A stretch of 64,000 bases of DNA from Daphnia carinata (Eukaryota), in assembly GCF_022539665.2 (NCBI RefSeq), contig NC_081333.1, forward strand, positions 4,712,001-4,776,000, written 5' to 3'. Made by a program: the position numbers and the translations under genes. A model generated the notes under the pieces. It did no database searches. It was not told the origin of the DNA and saw nothing but the letters and a program-made list of their open reading frames with translations. Below are positions 53,333 to 64,000 of the stretch, piece by piece (position 1 is the first letter of the stretch; the number at the start of each line of letters is the position of its first letter).

Positions 53333-56300
53333 TTATAAGCGTGGCTGTGCTTTAAACCTATCGCTGCTACTCTTTGCTGTACTTGGCCGAGAAAGCTGAA
53401 GTGATTCACTGGCCATATAACAGTCCAAACTTTCTTCGGTTTTCGGACTATTTCGGAACGTGGTCTTTTTCCTAACCCCACTCGAAGATCTGTTGCTTGT
53501 GGGGTTGAACGACATGTTTGATGTTGTGGCAGATGTTCTATCAGGATACACTTGAAGTCCACTTGGATGAATCTCTTTCTTATCCTTCAAAAATGTAAAA
53601 TGCAGTTATTCAGAATACTTAATTTTCTTCCGAGGATGAAATTTCTTATACCATTGCTTGTCTCTCAAACAAAGGAGGCATCTGCCATACTCGATTCAGC
53701 ATCTCTTCTTTATCCATGTAGTACTGTAAAAGTCTCTCGCGTTCCACCACCTCTTTATAGCAGCGCCTGTGTGCTATGTCTTCCAGCGCCTGATCACCTC
53801 CACGGACATTTGTCCAAGCAGGATCAAGACGAATGGCACGCAAACGAGATCTCCGCTCACGTTCTCGCTCTTGTTGTTGCCAGCTATTCGCTAGCTGTTC
53901 TTCACATTTTTTCCTGAAATAAGAAAAAAATAATAAATAATAAAAATATTGCGCTTTGTAGAGAACTATTGGAGCGATTAGTACTAACTTTGTTAATCTT
54001 CGCCGAAGAACCGAAGCCTTATTTTCGCCACTTGCAGGTTGCAAAGGTGAATTGAAGGACTGGAGGGCATCAAACTTTACGCAGGATCTTTGTTGTTTAT
54101 CAGGTGAACGTAATCTAGCCGAAGATGGCGCTAGTTTATTGCGAGGCGTTTGACGAGCGGAAAACGACGAACGCTTCTCGTTACAATGAGCTGCTTCGGA
54201 CCCCAAGGAAAACTGCAACCGAAAAAGAAAATTAGAGAAACTGGATATTTTTTTGCAAATTCGGCTATCCAACTTTTTCTGTCGGCACGAGATTGTCGGT
54301 AGAGAAGATAAATGGTCGAGCTGTTGTGGTCAGATTTTGTTTCTTCCTAAAATCAAGCTCACGGGCCAGCATTTCATGTGATTTTTTATAATCAGGTATT
54401 ATTTTTTTGATGCTGCGACCGCTGTTACAACTGTTCGCTTTCCATTTCGCCAGATCGTCTGAGCCGTAGCCAGTCGAATATTGACCAGAATTCTCTGAGC
54501 TACGACTGCGACCGGCAGACAGACAACGGGGTAAAGTCGCGCTTTGTAACAAGGCCAGCGAACGTGCTTCACGTTTCAATGATCTGCATGAATAATGTCG
54601 TTGTGAAATGAATATTTTTTGAACATGGCCCAATGAACATAATTCGAAAATATTGTGTGATAAAGCTCGGTGGTAACATGACCTGTATGAATCTTCATCG
54701 TCCTTCTTCTCTCCGAGCAATTGTTTCAAAAATTGCTTTTTTTGTTTCAGCAAATCTAGGACATCAAGGGAATCGTCGGCGGAGGAAGAGTTAAATCCAA
54801 GGTTGGTTTTCGTAAGAGCATTAGGTTTCCACTTCTGCATCCTCAGATCCGGATTGGACTGCCACGGCCGCTGCTGGACGGTGTAAACTTGGAAATCGCG
54901 CATATCGGATGAGGAGACGCGTGACATGGATGAACTCCGATCGTGGCGATAACTGTTTCGGTTGGTTGTGGGGGCAAGCCTTGTAAGAGACAACTTTTAT
55001 TAAATGGAAAAAACACAACAACTGCCTTGCTATTCTGCCTACAAAATCCACTTTCATAGTCAACACGAGCCAAATAAAATCTGAATGATCAACTGTTTCC
55101 GACCATTCGCATCCGCAGTTATTCATCGCTGCTAGGTTCAAAGTTCGCAATTTGATTTTTTAACACAAAATGCCAACAATATCAAACAAAATGCATTGAA
55201 AATCGTCAGTTGCTCAGTCGTTATTTAAAATATTTGTGCTTACGTGTATAGATAACGTTTTGTCCATTCCAACCGGGAGGGGTCTTTGAACGTGGTTGAA
55301 CGAGATTTCCTAGTATTGGCTTCTTTCAGGCAAGACTTGCGACTATTAGCAGACGAGATGGCTCTTTCCCTGATAAGGACGTCACGCGCCATTGTTGAGG
55401 CTGCATTGTTGTTGGCGAAAAGTGGCGGATAACCCATGGAACTGTCGCTGGACATGTGGGGCTGCATAGAAGTGCTGCTGCTGCGAGTAGTCAAAGTTGA
55501 TGAAACCTGTACTTCCACTGATTGGCTCGTTTCAGCGGTTTCCAAACTATCGTCCTGAAAACGAGAGCTCTGATACCGAATCGGAGGTGAGTGTACGGTC
55601 GGTCGCGTTGAATAGCGGGCTTGCATTGAATCAAAGGAACTTGTGGGCGACGAAGTAGCATTGACGTTTACTGAACCCGAAGTCGTGGCCAAAGTAGACG
55701 TCCCACTCATCTCCATCGAGCCAGGTGTGAAAAAACTATCCGTGGTTCCAGACGAGACGTTTGCCTCCACAGAGTCGACTTTTCGTCTTTCCGGCCTGTA
55801 CGGAGGGATGGCAGGGCATGGTCGAAGATATTCCCGCAAGGTATACGCCGAGTTCTTACAATGGCGCACGGCTGCTGGTGGTTCTTCCGCGCTTGAAGCC
55901 ATTAGAGCTGCGCTACTAGCCGAGTAAATGCTGCCTGCAAATTGTGGGAAGACATTTTCATTGAGCCAAGCTTCTCTCAACGCTTTTGATTCAAGTTTGG
56001 AATATTTTCTAGAGTCAGTCCGCATGGAAGACGGACGGCGACGGACAGGACTGGAACTCAGGGGCTTACGGTGTCGGTTCTCGGTAGAAAGCGGGCGATC
56101 GAGCACGGCTGTATCATCCCAGCTCCGGCGCTGATTGAAACGAACGCTTGGCCTTCCGTTGACTGGTTCAACCATGGATGGCGGAGCTTTGATGGGGAAG
56201 AACGTGACTTGGTCTGATTTCGAGGTCTTTAAGAAAGACGACCACGTATTTTTGTAGGTTAAATCGGCTACTTTATCAGTTCGTTTTTTGCTGCTGGATC

Positions 56301-56625
56301 GGTTTCGCGGAAGAAACTGGGTATTTGATTCAGGTTCGATGCGGTTACGTCGGCCAGTATTTCTCGCACTGCCGTGCCGATGTTGCAGTTGTGGCGACTT
56401 GGGCACGCACCATACACTCCCCATAGGCCGTCGGAGAAGCCAATCGGGGAGAGCGGGGAACTCATACGAGTCCGGGAAGCTAGCGAAGAAGTGAGTTAGC
56501 TTTTGTGGAATCAGTCTACGATTTTTTGACTGACTACCAACCCCTGGACGATGGCTCATTTTCTCACTGTACACAGCACTAAGGCAATTTCTAGCCACTG
56601 CATCACTCTCTTTCACTGCAAATTC
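53333..56625 (-). CDS. FAM161: FAM161-like (UPF0564) microtubule/centriole-associated protein with long Ser/Arg-rich N-terminal region; 5' end unresolved
   Basis: Phase-compatible exons 56625-55244, 54979-54683, 54583-54274, 54212-53989, 53913-53652, 53584-53333 (TAA). The 458-aa ORF and short GT-AG introns support coding. IPDYKKSHEMLARELDFRKKQNLTTTARPFIFST and YMDKEEMLNRVWQMPPLFERQA resemble the FAM161 'VPDF..LH..F..L....TT..PF.L' and 'EM..RV..RPLLFER' blocks (recalled, not searched). Gene existence is more secure than the family call. Confidence 0.65.
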
Positions 56626-59431
56626 CTGTAAGCGTTAAATAAACAGAGTCACGGCAAATCAACGCGTCGACAGTTTGTGCAAAAACACGCAATCAGACAG
56701 TATCAAGTAGACTGCTCGGGGTGGCGTCATTTAGGAGGTGAACGTACAACCGCCACCTTGTTTAGCTGTTGCCATGAAGATATGACAAATGTGTTACAGG
56801 AAATAGCAGTCGGATTCGACTTTTGGCTCCACGGTGGCTACAGCGACGTTTCGATATGAACTCCTTTCGGCTTCGCTGTAGCGACGGATTCGCTACGTGG
56901 CTGTTTGGTCGTTGATACTCAATACTAACATCGGTTAGCCCTATTCCTCCCTTTATTATGCGCGTGCGTACAAATTCGGGTCTAGGTATTTCTTAAAGAG
57001 GAAAGTGGGGTGAATCGAAAAGCTGGGCAATTTGAATTTCTTTCTTTCGACATATGAGAGGAAAAGATGGCATTTTTTCCATGCTTCGTATCCTGGCCCA
57101 TTTTGCTGCAACCACTTATAGGATCACGGGTCCACATTTCCTTACGGCCGAAGTGTCGAAAATGGCTTCTAGGATTGGCCGATGGCGATTTGCTACCTGA
57201 CATTCTTTTCAAAAGCGTGCAGCTATCGTCAATTATTTTGTTTGCATCAACTTGTGTCATTCTTCATGTCTTTCGTCATCAACTCGATGTTTGAAATAAC
57301 TTATGGTCACTAATTGTTTTTATGTCCTACGAGATGCACGCTGACTATCGCTTCTTATTCAACTTATCTTTGGTGCGATACTCTATGCAAGCGGGAGTAG
57401 TGGTGATAGTAAAAGTTTAAAAGCGCTGAGTAATCTGTCTAGTCAAGCTACTGTATGTAGGCATACCGTCTAGTTGAGACAGACACCTGATCAATTATCT
57501 GTCTGTCGTAGTAGTTGTCACGTCGATCATCCAAGTCATTTTTCAGGGAGAAAAGTGTGAAACTGGAGAGGTCATACACGAAAGTGTAAATAAAAAAAAA
57601 AGTTGGCGCTAGAAAGTCAGCTCTGTTCGATTTCAAGTGCATAGTTCGTACTCAAACGTATGGACCACTGATTAAAAAGATTGTTGTTTTGTCGCACATT
57701 ATGCAGTGAGAAATGAGGTGACCTATAAAGTAATAGATTGTTAGACCAAACCAGGACTGTTTTCTCAAAAATAAAACTTTTTATTAAAAATTTTAATATT
57801 CTGATGTCTACGTGGACTCCATTTTTCATTTAACGACAAAAAAAATAAACTAAAGGATAAAAATGTAATTCCTTATTCCGATGCAGGGGTAATGGAATTG
57901 GCATAAAGAAAATTATTCAGGTTAAATGTTTTATCGTAAAGCCCAAAACAAGAAATTAACGTTTGCTTATTTTTTTTTTCGTTAAAAATTTAAAACATGA
58001 TTCACGGTTAATGATCAATTGAAAAGTGGAGCACTGTAGACATCAATAAGTTTCATTTATTTGTCTTTTATTTATTTATTTTCGTCCATATAAAACAACC
58101 GGTCAACCATCGATTGTGACTTGCAAAATGAAATCTGACACGGATTCATCATGGGCATTGTTACCGACAAAGTTATTGTTTGCGCAGCTGAAAAAGACAA
58201 TAATTGAATATTCTTCGGTGTACGAATTGACCAGGTGCAAGACGAACGTCAGGTAAGATCCGGCAGATTAGGCGACGACAGCGAAATGACGTTTTCATTG
58301 TACGAAAGTAAAAAAAAAAAAAAAAAAAAATTGACATACCGTCATTCTCTGTAAAGGTACAAAAAGAAAAGTTGAACTAAAAATAGACGCTAAAATGCGC
58401 CCAAAAGGAAATCAATTCTGGAACAATGATGGTTGATCCAATTCAAAAGCCCCACTACTTTCAGCGTTTAATTGTAGTAGACATCGACCATGTTCATTTG
58501 AAGGATGTCACTGTACGTTGAGCTATCCGACTCGATCTTCTGCAGTGTGTCCCGGTCATCTGCCGGTCACGGACCGTCCGAACACGAAACCAAAGTCAAC
58601 TAGATTCACTAACGAGCCTGAATCAATGTGCAATTAACGTAGCCAAATCTGACGGATATCCGGTCGGATGATATCTGATGCCGGACGTCCCGTTTTTCAA
58701 AATAATTCGGTGTGGAAATCACGGCAAAAAAAGCTTGCACAGACCTTGCACATTGTCATTTGGACGCGGCCGAATTTCGATGAGATAATTTAAAGATCTG
58801 ACATCCTTAGGTACAGACCCGAAATCAGGTCGTATTGGTTTAACGTCACGTAACGGTTTCAATTACAATCGAATCACGACGTACTGCGTGTTGTTGTCTA
58901 CTCCCGGATGAGCAGTTTTGACGCAATTGGCTGGCCCGGTATTGGAAAAATTCATGACCGACGATCACAGTGTTCTCGTTGGACGTCCATTTTTGTTGGC
59001 TCTTCGCTAAAGCTTCTTTGTTCCACTAACATTTCACGAGCGATACCAGGAATGGTTTGAGCTATACTTGCCCCTCGTGTAACATGTTACATTACCCGCA
59101 ATTTTTCTCGAACTGAGAGCCAATAAGATGGAGGCTTGAGCTTATAACATATGGACGGACGCTCAACTGGAACGGACTTTGTTCCGCCATCACCGAGAAG
59201 TCCCGCCTTTTCTCGATGCCAACCTCACTTCAGGGTAAAGTGCCACACCAGATCGTGTTGACCGTTAGAGGTTCCGCAGGCCACTGGGATGTTGCTAACG
59301 TGGATACCTGTATGGCAGCCTCTTTTGAAATGTGCTGGTTTAAACTAGGATACGAAACCTCGAAAGGGTATTTTACTTGCTCCGGGACGTAATGACGATC
59401 TGTTTTGGTGTGATTATTCGATAACGGATTA

Positions 59432-59765
59432 GGGTCATCTACCAGATGCTGGGACATCACCATGGTAACACGGCGATCATCGACGTCCTGAAAATGGATA
59501 TCGAGTTCTCCGAATGGGAGACGATTCCGCAAATGGTACGGTCCAGTATTTTAGCGGAAAAAGTCAAACAATTGGCCGTGGATATCCATTTTAATGCTGA
59601 CGACCCCATAGAGGCTCTCAGAAAAATGTGGGCATCCTGCAAGACCTAGAATCATTCACAGTCTCGTCTTCTGGAGGTGGAGAATTTGTCCGGTATACTT
59701 CGCGACCCAACCCTATTGAACTATTACGGTTCTACATGTTGTGGCAACCGTACTTCGAATACAAC
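59432..59765 (+). pseudogene. 5'-truncated, frameshifted METTL24-like methyltransferase fragment
   Basis: IYQMLGHHHGNTAIIDVLKMDIEFSEWETIPQM..KVKQLAVDIHF matches the C-terminal half of METTL24/Methyltransf_22-like proteins. The frame breaks in an A5 run near 59622-59626, and the similarity continues as VGILQDLES..GEFVRYTSRPNP. No N-terminal exons are recognisable upstream. Confidence 0.75.
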
Positions 59766-60433
59766 ATAACTGATATTACCGCAAGGTCATTTATTTCTTT
59801 AACAATTGTTTTTTTTTAAAGCAACTTTTAACAAAAAGATTTGGGACGATTGCTGGCACTTATCGCTTATCATCATTCATACCACTCATGACTCTGCACT
59901 GTAAACGTACAACGTATAGCGACGAATTTTGTTTGAAATAAGTAGCACTTGACCATATGACTTGCTATTAGACAATTGGCCAAGGGCAGTTGACTGACGG
60001 GCAAACACTTCAAAAACCTAAAAAGTTTTGTTTAAATAACTGAAAATTCTTCTGTGAATTTCGAAAATACGACTGTGTCATGAAAGAGTTCCGGCTTCTG
60101 GTTAACACTCAAAGCATACGTACTGTATACGTAAGGGCTACCAGTAAACACATTGCAACATAAAATTGCGTGACAGGGGCGAGCCAACTTATTGACATCC
60201 ATGCAGTTGAACGGTGCATAAGTAATGGATAGCAATTATCGACTTCTTTTACGCGAATTAGCACGTCCATGATTTTTTGTTATTGTGAGTTTGGAGCTGG
60301 ATTTGCTTTTTGTGGCAGTTCGTGGTAGTTAACGAATTTCAAATCTTTCATTTCAAACATCGAGAAAGAGGAAAGCCGTTAGAACTTGACCATTTTGAAT
60401 CCACTTGTAAGTCGTACGGCTGACCAGAGACAT

Positions 60434-60998
60434 CATCAAAAAATGATTTCCTATTCGATTTATGGAAATTTCTGGAGGGCGGATGTTGTGAAAACATATT
60501 TAGAGCCTTTTAAAAAGACGCTGAGGAGGATTCCTTCGATCTACCCAGGTACGTTTAAAGTTAAACCAAACATTTTACACTAGCGATAAATAATATTCTT
60601 AAATTTGAATAAGGCCGGGTGGTACGTATTTATCACAATTTGACACAGCACGACGCGAAACTTAGGGTATGATTAACAATTGTTTAAATCTTAGAAGCCA
60701 CATCGATTTCTGCAATGCAACAGAGATCATTCAAAATCGAAAGTTGGCCGACATATTCGCGATGACGTGGCGCTCGGTATAGACTACTACTCATGCAAAA
60801 CTACTAGTTGAATTAAATATCAAACTATATTGCCTTTACAGTTCCTCTACTAGATGGCATAGTGGATGCGTTAATGTGGGGAGATTCGGACAGTCACATA
60901 ATAGCTCGTGAAGCGGACGCCGCACGGGCGTGGCTGGCTAGCGACAGTGTTTTCGACATAATGAGAGATCATCCTTCGCATTGCAGATTCATCGTTGG
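60434..60998 (+). pseudogene. Frameshifted member of the uncharacterised 'ISYSLYG..WRF.P..D..RD.DS..RE..W..S..HIMRDHP.H' (glycosyltransferase-like) family
   Basis: Three exon remnants: ~60434-60548 (KMISYSIYGN..IPSIYP), 60614-60776 (GRVVRIYHN..HIDFCNATEII..DIFAMTWR) and 60842-~60998 (PLLDGIVDALMWGDSDSHIIAREADAARAWLASDSVFDIMRDHPSHC). There is a frameshift near 60668 (TGA at 60670-60672 in the incoming frame), a phase mismatch at the 60777 donor, and no recognisable downstream exons. Confidence 0.75.
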
Positions 60999-62052
60999 AT
61001 ATTCGTCCATTTGTCTTCTTCGTTTTTAAAATCTAAAGAAACTAATTTTGCTTTTTGTGGGGCGTATCTGGAAATTGCAACCCCCTCATTTTTATTACTT
61101 TTAAACGGGAAACATCCGTTTCAGAGTGAGAACTTTATTTTACTTTTCATTTCTCTTACATGCCCAACTGTATAAGTCAGCAATATTCAAATATAAGGTC
61201 TTACATTAGAAACCTTGTTTACGTTTTTAATAGTTTTTTTCAGGTCTCTGAATACGGAAAGCTATAGAAAACGTACGACTGGTTCTTAAAGAACGTGGAC
61301 TAGACCCACTGCCTGTTCATTATTATATGATGTAAACCTCATGTAATAGGTATATTATTTTTTAAATACAAAATTATGGAATTCTGCAGCTTGCGCACAT
61401 AAATCAAGCAATGCAAATGCTAAAGCTAAAGATTTTAGAAACCCAAATTATAGCAATAGCCATGCTTGTCTGTCTGGGGTTGTTTGTGCAGTAGCGAAGG
61501 TCAGACTGGTATGTGTACAAAGCAATGAGAAACACTCGGCGTCATCCCACACACATTAAAGCTCAGACAAATACACCTGGGTAAACGCTCTACGTTCTTG
61601 ACTGCATGCCTTTGCATGAAAAGTATAAGAACTTCAAGTGATGATGTTTCTTTTCTATTTTAAAAATATTTTGCCATGGAAGGTTATTCAATGAGATTGG
61701 GTTACCATAGCATAGAGGTACATGTACTTTCCACATCCTTCCAGAATCTGTGCGATGACCAATGGAGTCACGTAGTTTTGATTACAAAGCGTTTTCCTTT
61801 ATTTTCATGCCATCTCATTGTCCAAAGCCAGTTGAGTTTGAGCCTCAATATAGTGTTTTCAAATCAGGCTCTTTTCAGTTGCTCATGAGAACGCCTCAGT
61901 TGTGAATCAAGGAAACGTAGGAACACGACTGTTTTCAGACAGATCTCTTTATTGAATTAAACCAAACAATTCAATTCTCATCTACGAGCAGACAGAGCCG
62001 CGTAGTTAGAGGAGTTGTGACACCAGTTAAATTGTTCCAAGTGAATAAAACA

Positions 62053-63499
62053 ATGCGTGTGAATTCCACCCTTATAGTACGTCTCTTAGCAATGCCTACG
62101 TTGTTATTGCCCTTTTTCTACATCATCGGTATCATGAAAGTTGAATTCAACTTCGCCGTAGATCGAACGGTAGCAGGGAAGCATCGATCCAGCTCACAAA
62201 ATCTTACCCATCCTATACCAGAAACACATCAGCAAAATGAGACCAGCAGCACGGAATCACTGCCAGTTGAATACAATTTGATGGAAGAGACCTATGGCAG
62301 AAAATGGGACAAGGATCAAGATGCTGTGTATGTATCGCCTATTGATTGTACAATGGGTATGTGCCTATAAAAGTACACATGCTCTGATGTCTGTTCATAG
62401 TTCTCTGTAAATAAAGTAGTCTCGATTTCAGATTACGTCAATGCGCACAAGTTGCAACAGGACCATCCTTGCGTTATTCAACTGATTCGACGTGACTACC
62501 TCCACCCGCCCGCATCGAAAAGCCTCGCCTATCAAATGGATCATCCTGATTCGGTCGATCCTTCCGATGGACAATCTAAAGTCATTTTAAAAATTCTACA
62601 GAACAAAGTAACAAACCAAAGCGATTAAGAATTTCAGAAATTCTTGTTGTAGAAATTATCAATGTACACATGAATTGAGGAGAAATTAAGTGTGGGTTAT
62701 GATTATTCTTGGTTTTTGAAGCGCCGTGGATTTTTCATAGAAGCCGGTGGCTATGACGGAGAATTTCTTTCCAATACTTTATTCATGGAACGATCGCTTC
62801 AGTGGAGTGGTTTGCTGATTGAAGCTGACAAGACAGCCTATAGCAAACTGTTAAAACGCAACCGTAAAGCTTTTTCTTCGCCTGTGTGCCTCAGCACGAA
62901 GCCTTACGCGATGGAAGTTAAGTCTCCATTAAATAAAGTAATTTTGAATCTAACGAATTGCATTGCATTTTTCAATGCTGAAAATATAGGTTATTTACAA
63001 TGGCTCCATTTCTTCTGGAAGTTTCATTATTGACCAAAAAGAGAATGACGGGCTTGCTCCAAATGATGGTGGATCAGCAGCCACCAACAGCGATAGCGAG
63101 GGCATTTACACAGCTCAGTGTTTTCCGCTATATTCCCTACTTCTCGCCGTTGGCAGAACCCATGTAGACTATTTTAGTCTAGATGTTGAGGGTTCAGAAT
63201 ACAAAATTTTAAAAACCATCCCATGGCACAAGGTTTACATGCAAGTACGTTTACAGCCTTCTATATTTTGTTACGTTATAGCCATGAAACATCTGACCCC
63301 TTTGTGTTATTTCTTATTATTGTAGACGTTGACAGTGGAATGGAATCATGCCCCCGAGGGCGAAGCTGCGGTTACTCGATTGATGGAAGATAGTAATTTC
63401 ATCAGATTTGGAAGCTTCTCAATGCCGTATTCACGTGAGGTAGTTTACGTCCAAGATTTTCTGTATGGATACAGGATATTCGGAGATCCAGTTGCATAG
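62053..63499 (+). CDS. Protein Star-like / FkbM (Methyltransf_21) domain protein, likely type II membrane, 367 aa
   Basis: Five GT-AG exons 62053-62356, 62432-62607, 62722-62916, 62990-63244, 63326-63499 give an open 1104-nt frame. It has an N-terminal hydrophobic segment (LIVRLLAMPTLLLPFFYIIGIM) and the motifs GFFIEAGGYDGEFLSNTLFME..WSGLLIEAD, QCFPLYSLLLAVGRTHVDYFSLDVEGSE and TLTVEW. Confidence 0.92.
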
Positions 63500-63533
63500 A
63501 TAACGTTGCGTAACAATCCTAACTTGTACCTTT

Positions 63534-63568
63534 AATAAAAAGGCTATCAATTTTGAAAATGGAATAAA
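63534..63568 (+). promoter_or_regulatory. Candidate polyadenylation signals of the Star-like gene
   Basis: AATAAA at 63534-63539 and 63563-63568, 35-65 nt after the TAG stop. Confidence 0.55.
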
Positions 63569-64000
63569 AATAATACACAATAGCTAACAAACTATGTATC
63601 AGTAAATTGGTTTCACATTAAACTTCCTTGTTTCGTAGCTCGAAATAAGGGGAACTCAGAAGTTCGTAGAGTTGCGACTTCGCTGTTGTATGCAGCGAGT
63701 AGAATTGACTTGTATTAATGACCAGTATTTGCAAGTGTGTATCAGCGTGTGGTGTCTGTAATTACGATTAAGGTTAAGGAAAGCTAGGCATGCAACATAT
63801 ACAACAAATACCTGAGATAGCACGAGAGACAGTGTTTGCCACTCAAACTATGGGATCACACTACACAAGTTTCCTGCAATTTAGTTCACGGCGGTCTAGA
63901 ATGCACCCACATGCAGAATGGGACAATTAGATAAGGCGAAAAGAGACAGAAAATAGAATTTACCTGAAGGAACAGATTCACTAACGATAAACACGGTGAT

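Noticed and set aside
56982..57260. 92-aa ORF as first exon of the FAM161-like gene
   Set aside because: Plausible position, but I could not join it to the 56625 acceptor with a convincing donor and phase.
58960..59010. VLVGRPFL as an LTR-retrotransposon protease remnant
   Set aside because: No DSG/DTG catalytic motif, RT, integrase or LTRs are recognisable.
1..64000. Prokaryotic operons, CRISPR arrays, defence systems
   Set aside because: The genes are spliceosomal and metazoan, and I found no regularly spaced repeat-spacer array.

Overview
Eukaryotic (animal) genomic DNA, not prokaryotic: genes are split by spliceosomal introns, many 55-100 nt, and the DNA is AT-rich with long homopolymers. 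The gene families and intron sizes suggest an arthropod, probably a Daphnia-like crustacean (inference). Most of the ORF track is spurious or single exons. I assembled four genes by hand from splice sites and reading-frame phase. (1) A minus-strand Sidestep/nephrin-like Ig-superfamily gene (5 Ig + 1 FN3; 11 exons, 1407-16433; both ends unresolved). (2) A minus-strand RasGRP/CalDAG-GEF gene (13 coding exons, 39659-45525, about 990 aa). (3) A minus-strand FAM161-like gene (53333-56625, 5' end unresolved). (4) An intact plus-strand Star/FkbM-methyltransferase-like gene (5 exons, 62053-63499, 367 aa). Two decayed paralog fragments lie at 59.4-61.0 kb, and about 23 kb without recognisable coding sequence separates genes 1 and 2. 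The most interesting signals are an apparently EF-hand-less RasGRP with a RasGRP2-like atypical C1 domain, a polybasic patch and a large REM insertion, and a Sidestep FN3 domain carrying an acidic Ser-Gly-Ser-Gly insertion that resembles a glycosaminoglycan attachment site. I see no CRISPR array, rRNA, tRNA or intact transposon, and no clearly new multi-gene system.
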